Source of the DNA: Escherichia coli
GTDB taxonomy: Bacteria > Pseudomonadota > Gammaproteobacteria > Enterobacterales > Enterobacteriaceae
Strand: one strand, 5' to 3'
Assembly (NCBI RefSeq): GCF_003018235.1
Contig: NZ_CP027437.1
DNA: 64,000 nt
In this document: one piece after another, positions 56,948 through 64,000 of the stretch
Numbering within the stretch: position 1 is the first letter of the stretch
Layout: each line of letters begins with the position of its first letter
The notes under the pieces: generated by a model
Told to the model about the DNA's origin: nothing
Database searches by the model: none
What the model saw: the letters and a program-made list of their open reading frames with translations, nothing else
Program-made: the position numbers and the translations under genes

Positions 56948-57694
56948 ATGGAACAAGCGCATACCCAGCTGATTGCCCAACTGAACGAGCGTATTTTAGC
57001 GGCGGATAACACGCCGCTTTATATTAAGTTTGCCGAAACGGTAAAAAATGCCGTGCGCAGCGGGGTGCTGGAGCATGGCAATATTTTGCCCGGTGAGCGT
57101 GATTTAAGTCAGTTAACCGGCGTTTCGCGCATTACGGTGCGCAAGGCGATGCAGGCGCTGGAAGAAGAGGGCGTGGTGACGCGTTCGCGTGGTTACGGCA
57201 CGCAGATCAACAACATCTTCGAATACTCGTTGAAAGAAGCGCGAGGTTTTTCTCAGCAGGTGGTATTGCGCGGGAAAAAGCCCGATACGCTATGGGTTAA
57301 CAAGCGTGTCGTGAAATGTCCCGAAGAAGTCGCGCAGCAGCTGGCGGTCGAAGCGGGAAGTGATGTCTTTTTGCTTAAGCGTATTCGCTATGTCGATGAA
57401 GAAGCGGTATCGATTGAGGAATCGTGGGTTCCGGCGCATTTAATTCATGATGTTGATGCCATCGGAATTTCTCTTTATGACTATTTCCGCAGCCAGCACA
57501 TTTACCCACAACGTACACGTTCCCGCGTTAGCGCCCGGATGCCAGATGCCGAGTTTCAGTCACATATTCAGTTAGATAGCAAAATACCGGTGCTGGTGAT
57601 CAAGCAAGTGGCGCTTGACCAACAGCAACGGCCTATTGAATACAGCATTAGCCACTGTCGCAGCGATCTATACGTTTTTGTGTGCGAGGAGTAG
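56948..57694 (+). CDS. yegW: GntR-family transcriptional regulator (HTH + UTRA domain)
   Basis: ORF track; 3' end overlaps convergent yegV. Confidence 0.88.
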   Translation: MEQAHTQLIAQLNERILAADNTPLYIKFAETVKNAVRSGVLEHGNILPGERDLSQLTGVSRITVRKAMQALEEEGVVTRSRGYGTQINNIFEYSLKEARGFSQQVVLRGKKPDTLWVNKRVVKCPEEVAQQLAVEAGSDVFLLKRIRYVDEEAVSIEESWVPAHLIHDVDAIGISLYDYFRSQHIYPQRTRSRVSARMPDAEFQSHIQLDSKIPVLVIKQVALDQQQRPIEYSISHCRSDLYVFVCEE

Positions 57695-58633
57695 TTCTTC
57701 GCGCGTTGGCGCACAATCACCGCCCCGATGCCCGACAACCCACGACGCCACTGCATTGCCCAGTAATACGGCATCCGCCAGTGGCAGACCAGAGGCCAGC
57801 CCGGAAAGTACGCCACCGGCATGACTGTCGCCCGCCCCAATGGTGTCGACAACTTGCGTTGGAAATGCCGGAATGCAGCCAGAAGCGTCGTTGCTGAAAT
57901 ACCATGCGCCCTCTTTATCGAGACGAATGATCAACGGCGCGGCAAATTTCTCCTGCCATTGCTTGCCAAGTGTTGTTATCTCTGCGGATAAAGCAAAACG
58001 TTCGGCGGCAATCTCAGCCTCCTGACGATTGAGTGACACTAAAGGTCGACAGGCCATGATCCGCGCCAGTAATGCGTCCGGGATATCGCCAATACGTGGG
58101 CCAAAATCGATAAACGGCGTCACGTCTTGCAGCTTTTCCAGCCATTCCACTAACAATTCGCCGCAGGGCGAGGCCAGTTGATAACCGGAAAAATAGAGCA
58201 GGCTGCCAGGCGCAACGGTTAATCGCGCCAGCCACTGGCGATTCCACTGATTTTCCACACCGCTGAATGACATAAAAGTACGTTCGCCATCCGGCTCAAC
58301 CAGCGCCAGACACCAGCCGTTATCGCCTTCGGCGTTATCGATCAGGCTGATTAAGCCCTCTTTTGCCATCCGGTTGCGAATAATCTCCGCCCACACGCCC
58401 TGACCGAGCGGCAAGGCGTTACCCGCTTCGATGCCGAGGCGCTTTAACGCCACGGCAATATTCAGTGCGCAGCCGCCAACGTTAACGCTCTGCTGTTTCA
58501 GTTCGATATCGCACCCACGCCAGGGGAGGGCATAAGCGTCGGCGATCACATCAATGACCGCCGCGCCGACGACCATCACCGGCTGACGCGAGGTTAATTC
58601 AGGCAGCAGCGTGTGTAATCGAGCGCCGCTCAT
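57668..58633 (-). CDS. yegV: PfkB-family sugar/nucleoside kinase
   Basis: ORF track; GAGD motif (DTIGAGDSHAGG). Confidence 0.88.
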   Translation of the reverse strand: MSGARLHTLLPELTSRQPVMVVGAAVIDVIADAYALPWRGCDIELKQQSVNVGGCALNIAVALKRLGIEAGNALPLGQGVWAEIIRNRMAKEGLISLIDNAEGDNGWCLALVEPDGERTFMSFSGVENQWNRQWLARLTVAPGSLLYFSGYQLASPCGELLVEWLEKLQDVTPFIDFGPRIGDIPDALLARIMACRPLVSLNRQEAEIAAERFALSAEITTLGKQWQEKFAAPLIIRLDKEGAWYFSNDASGCIPAFPTQVVDTIGAGDSHAGGVLSGLASGLPLADAVLLGNAVASWVVGHRGGDCAPTREELLLAHKNV

Positions 58634-59634
58634 ACCGCCTCCCGTTGTTGACGATATTTCGCCAGCGCTGTGGCATAGCGGTTGAAATCAAGCTGATTTA
58701 CCGCATCCAGTTCCGCCTTTAATGCAGGATCGATAGCGTTAATGCCATGCAACGCGCCGCAAATTGCCGTCGCCATAGCACCGATGGTGTCTGTGTCGCC
58801 GCCAAGGTTAGCGCACAGGACGGCGCAACGGTTCGGGTCGGTTTGTGCCAGTTCAACCAGCGCAATGGCGCACGGAACGGACTCAATAGTGCTGGTACCT
58901 GCGCCAACGACCTGGTAAAGCTGTTCGCTGGCGGATTCGGTGCCGTCGGCATTGCGCACAATTTTCAGCGCAATCTCCAGCTGTGCCGCCAGTGAGGCGC
59001 TGAAGGTGGTGATGCGTTTTTGCTGGGCATGTCGGGCAATTGAAGGCAGTGAATCAACAATCGCTGACCAGCTTTCTCCGTCAATGGCACGAGAAATCGC
59101 CCATGCGATGACTACCGCGCCTGCAACCGCCAGATCGGATTTATGGGTCGGGCTGGACGCCAGGGCCACATCATCAATAAAGGAATCAACATCGTGCGCC
59201 GGAAGCAAACAACCTAATGGCGAGACGCGCATCGCTGCGCCGTTGGTCACGCCATTGTTTTCCAGTTCAGCAACGGGTTTACCGTCGCGAATGGCGTTGA
59301 GAGCAATCTTCGAGGTCGGACCTAGTACGTTTTTGTTAAAGGCGTCGAAACGCAGCGCCCAGTCGAGAATATTACGCCCAATCAGATCCGGATCGATCTT
59401 GCCTTTACGTTCCAGCAACGCATCCGCCAGACACAGCGCCATCGAGGTATCGTCGGTGAATTCGGCGCGGTTAAAATAACAGGCCGCGTTATTCTCCTTT
59501 GGTCCAGGCAGAAAACGGTCAATCCAGCCAAAGTGTGCTTTAACACGGCTGCGTGGCCAAAGCTCGGAGGGCATCCCCATCGCATCCCCTAACGCCTGCC
59601 CATAAAGAGCACCGAGAATACGTTCTGTTTTCAT
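58630..59634 (-). CDS. yegU: ADP-ribosylglycohydrolase family protein
   Basis: ORF track; overlaps the yegV start. Confidence 0.88.
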   Translation of the reverse strand: MKTERILGALYGQALGDAMGMPSELWPRSRVKAHFGWIDRFLPGPKENNAACYFNRAEFTDDTSMALCLADALLERKGKIDPDLIGRNILDWALRFDAFNKNVLGPTSKIALNAIRDGKPVAELENNGVTNGAAMRVSPLGCLLPAHDVDSFIDDVALASSPTHKSDLAVAGAVVIAWAISRAIDGESWSAIVDSLPSIARHAQQKRITTFSASLAAQLEIALKIVRNADGTESASEQLYQVVGAGTSTIESVPCAIALVELAQTDPNRCAVLCANLGGDTDTIGAMATAICGALHGINAIDPALKAELDAVNQLDFNRYATALAKYRQQREAV

Positions 59635-60908
59635 TTAACTTCCCCTTGTGTCAACGCAATATCGCGATCATCGACCTTGATAGCCGTAATTTCGTTGTCG
59701 GATTCGCGGAAAAAAATCATGAACAGCACGGCGATAATGGCAATCATCACCGCGCCAAAAGTCCACATCCCGGACCAGTTGAAAGTCAGTCCGTTTACCG
59801 GTTCCTGATAAGCGAACATCTTTTCCATCATCACACCGCCAAGACGATAGCCGAGCAAACTGCCGAAGCCCTGGCAGCAGAGCGTGATCAGCCCCTGCGC
59901 GGCGGTACGCATATGCACGGGGGCTTTTTTATCGACATAGATGTAAGCGGTAACGTAGTAAAAATCGTAACTTACGCCGTGCAGCAAAATGCCGAGGAAC
60001 AGTAACGCGTAGGTGAAATATTCATCCGCACTACCGTAAATAAAGAAGCCATAGCGGATCGCAGCGGTGATCAGACCAAGCGATAATACCTTTTTGATAC
60101 CAAAGCGTTTGGTGAAAAACGGCAATGCCAGCATAAAGAATATTTCAGAGAACTGGCCGAGCGTCATCCAGCCAGTGGCGTTTTTCATACCGACTTCGGT
60201 CAGATAACCGTTGGCAAAGATGTAATAGAACGCCAGTGGCATCGCAAACAGGAATGAACAGAAGAAAAAGACGAGGAAGTTTTTATCGCGCAGCAGGATC
60301 AGCGCATCCAGGCCGAGCATGACTTTAATGTCCATTTTGCCGGTGCTTTTTGGCGGCGTGTCGGGCAGGAAAAACGCAAACACACCGAGCAGAGCAGAAC
60401 TTCCGGCGGTAATCAGCAGCGGGATGTTAGTCGGTGAGATATCGGCATACCCCAGCATTTGCGGCAAGAAACCACATGCCAGACCAGAGGCAATCCAGCC
60501 GATAGTGCCCATCACACGAATGCGCGGGAAATCACGCTCCACATCCGGCACGTTGGCAAAAGCGATACTGTTAGTCAGCGCAATGGTCGGCATATAGGTT
60601 AGCGAGTAGGCCAACAGTAACGGGAAGAACCCGGCAAAAGTGGTCTGTTGCGCAGCGAAATACATCAGTACCGCGCCAGCGAACATCAATACCGCCAGCA
60701 CTTTCTGCGCCGAGAAAAAGCGGTCAGTGATGGAGCCAACCAGAATCGGCGACAGGATCGCCGCAATGGCTGTGCAGGCATACGACCAGCCAATTTCTCC
60801 GGCACTAAAACCGCTTTTACTTAACCACAACCACAATGGCACAAACCACGCGCCCCAGATAAACCATTCAACAAACATCATGAACGACAGCTTTGCTGTT
60901 GTTTTCAT
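59631..60908 (-). CDS. yegT: Nucleoside permease (MFS, NHS family)
   Basis: ORF track; 425 aa polytopic membrane protein; first gene of a yegT-yegU-yegV operon. Confidence 0.88.
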   Translation of the reverse strand: MKTTAKLSFMMFVEWFIWGAWFVPLWLWLSKSGFSAGEIGWSYACTAIAAILSPILVGSITDRFFSAQKVLAVLMFAGAVLMYFAAQQTTFAGFFPLLLAYSLTYMPTIALTNSIAFANVPDVERDFPRIRVMGTIGWIASGLACGFLPQMLGYADISPTNIPLLITAGSSALLGVFAFFLPDTPPKSTGKMDIKVMLGLDALILLRDKNFLVFFFCSFLFAMPLAFYYIFANGYLTEVGMKNATGWMTLGQFSEIFFMLALPFFTKRFGIKKVLSLGLITAAIRYGFFIYGSADEYFTYALLFLGILLHGVSYDFYYVTAYIYVDKKAPVHMRTAAQGLITLCCQGFGSLLGYRLGGVMMEKMFAYQEPVNGLTFNWSGMWTFGAVMIAIIAVLFMIFFRESDNEITAIKVDDRDIALTQGEVK

Positions 60909-61164
60909 CTTTTAATTCCTTCATGACAGGTAATGTAAGGTACGCGATGACAATACCACTTAATAATACCTTTTAAATACCTTTGCGGTGAAAACTTGAC
61001 CGCGCTAACATTTTTTCTGATGAATCGAGCCAACAGAAAACGCTGAAAAAACATCCAAAAGATGGAAAAACTCGCCCGTAACGACCAGGATTATGATTGC
61101 CCGCAAAAGGCGGGCCAGGACAATCCATAGCCGATATCCAATCGGAATTTACGGGAGCATAGTA

Positions 61165-62217
61165 ATGACAGATATTGCGCAGTTGCTTGGCAAAGACGCC
61201 GACAACCTTTTACAGCACCGTTGTATGACTATTCCTTCTGACCAGCTTTATCTCCCCGGATATGACTACGTAGACCGCGTGATGATTGACAATAATCGCC
61301 CGCCTGCGGTGTTACGTAATATGCAGACGTTGTACAACACCGGGCGTCTGGCTGGCACAGGATATCTTTCTATTCTGCCCGTTGACCAGGGCGTTGAGCA
61401 CTCTGCCGGAGCTTCATTTGCCGCTAACCCGCTCTACTTTGACCCGAAAAACATTGTTGAACTGGCGATCGAAGCGGGCTGTAACTGTGTGGCGTCAACT
61501 TACGGCGTGCTGGCGTCGGTATCGCGGCGTTACGCGCATCGCATTCCATTCCTCGTCAAACTTAATCACAACGAGACGCTAAGTTACCCGAACACCTACG
61601 ATCAAACGCTGTATGCCAGCGTGGAGCAGGCGTTCAACATGGGTGCGGTGGCGGTTGGTGCGACTATCTATTTTGGTTCGGAAGAGTCACGTCGCCAGAT
61701 TGAAGAAATTTCTGCGGCTTTTGAACGTGCACACGAGCTGGGCATGGTGACAGTGCTGTGGGCCTATTTGCGTAACTCCGCCTTTAAGAAAGATGGCGTT
61801 GATTACCATGTTTCCGCCGACCTGACCGGTCAGGCGAACCATCTGGCGGCGACCATTGGCGCGGACATCGTCAAACAGAAAATGGCGGAAAATAACGGCG
61901 GCTATAAAGCGATTAATTACGGTTACACCGACGATCGTGTTTACAGCAAATTGACCAGCGAAAACCCGATTGATCTGGTGCGTTATCAGTTAGCTAACTG
62001 CTATATGGGCCGGGCCGGGTTGATAAACTCCGGCGGTGCTGCAGGCGGTGAAACTGACCTCAGCGATGCAGTGCGTACTGCGGTTATCAACAAACGCGCT
62101 GGCGGAATGGGGCTGATTCTTGGACGTAAGGCGTTCAAGAAATCGATGGCTGACGGCGTGAAACTGATTAACGCCGTGCAGGACGTTTATCTCGATAGCA
62201 AAATTACTATTGCCTGA
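61165..62217 (+). CDS. fbaB: Class I fructose-bisphosphate aldolase
   Basis: ORF 61093..62217; start at [16 protein letters not shown], 350 aa. Confidence 0.93.
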   Translation: MTDIAQLLGKDADNLLQHRCMTIPSDQLYLPGYDYVDRVMIDNNRPPAVLRNMQTLYNTGRLAGTGYLSILPVDQGVEHSAGASFAANPLYFDPKNIVELAIEAGCNCVASTYGVLASVSRRYAHRIPFLVKLNHNETLSYPNTYDQTLYASVEQAFNMGAVAVGATIYFGSEESRRQIEEISAAFERAHELGMVTVLWAYLRNSAFKKDGVDYHVSADLTGQANHLAATIGADIVKQKMAENNGGYKAINYGYTDDRVYSKLTSENPIDLVRYQLANCYMGRAGLINSGGAAGGETDLSDAVRTAVINKRAGGMGLILGRKAFKKSMADGVKLINAVQDVYLDSKITIA

Positions 62218-62253
62218 TACGCCTCATACGAACAGCACCACCCCGTAGGACGG

Positions 62254-62373
62254 ATAAGGCGTTTACACTGCATCCGGCAACCTATGCCTGATGCGACGCG
62301 GAAGCGTCTTATCATGCCTACGCAGCGCTGCCACATATGTTTACGCCGCATCCGGCATAAAAACACGCACACT
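62254..62373. repeat. Cluster of REP palindromic units (BIME)
   Basis: Three REP-like motifs (ggataaggcg...gcatccggca; gcctgatgcgacgc...gcgtcttatcatgcctac; gccgcatccggca). Confidence 0.6.
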
Positions 62374-62387
62374 TCGTTACGGCTTCC

Positions 62388-62418
62388 CCTGGGAGGCCGT
62401 TTTTTTTGCCTGTCATTC
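62388..62418 (+). terminator. Hairpin followed by T8, downstream of fbaB
   Basis: Seen in sequence. Confidence 0.5.
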
Positions 62419-62468
62419 TGGCTTAATTTTCATATTGTCGTTTTTGTGATCGTTATCTCGACATTTAA

Positions 62469-64000
<1,532 letters not shown>

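Overview
This 64-kb window reads as an Escherichia coli chromosomal segment covering the yoh-yeh-yeg region, in the order: 5'-truncated aromatic monooxygenase, dusC, yohP, mdtQ, yohF, yohD, yohC, pbpG, dld, bglX, osmF-yehYXW, yohO, mlrA, btsSR, yehS, yehR, yehQPML, yehK, yehI, two molR-family paralogs, metG, mrp, yehE, yehDCBA, rcnB, rcnA, rcnR, thiMD, yegX, yegW, yegVUT, fbaB, gatY. All identifications are from reading the ORF translations and the nucleotide sequence against remembered protein families and K-12 gene order; no database search was run. As I recall the K-12 map, the window is in the opposite orientation. It does not look like K-12, because it carries several accessory or strain-specific features: (1) an IS3-family element (IS1397-like) inserted exactly into a REP palindromic unit between yohF and yohD; (2) an IS21-family element (IS100-like, 1954 bp) interrupting yehQ; (3) two tandem copies of a zor/orz-like type I toxin-antitoxin module between yehL and yehK; (4) three head-to-tail giant paralogs (molR-like, a middle copy with one in-frame TAA, and yehI); (5) an apparently intact mdtQ; (6) a frameshifted fimbrial chaperone yehC; (7) an AT-rich segment after gatY, where gatZ is expected, encoding a small peptide and a secreted protein with four perfect 27-bp tandem repeats; (8) a truncated aromatic monooxygenase at the 5' edge. 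The best candidate for a poorly understood multi-component system is the single-strand block from the molR-family paralogs through yehK and yehLMPQ (WGR-domain giant proteins, MoxR-type AAA+ ATPase, VWA protein, SWIM zinc-finger protein); its function is an inference only. No rRNA, tRNA or CRISPR array was seen.
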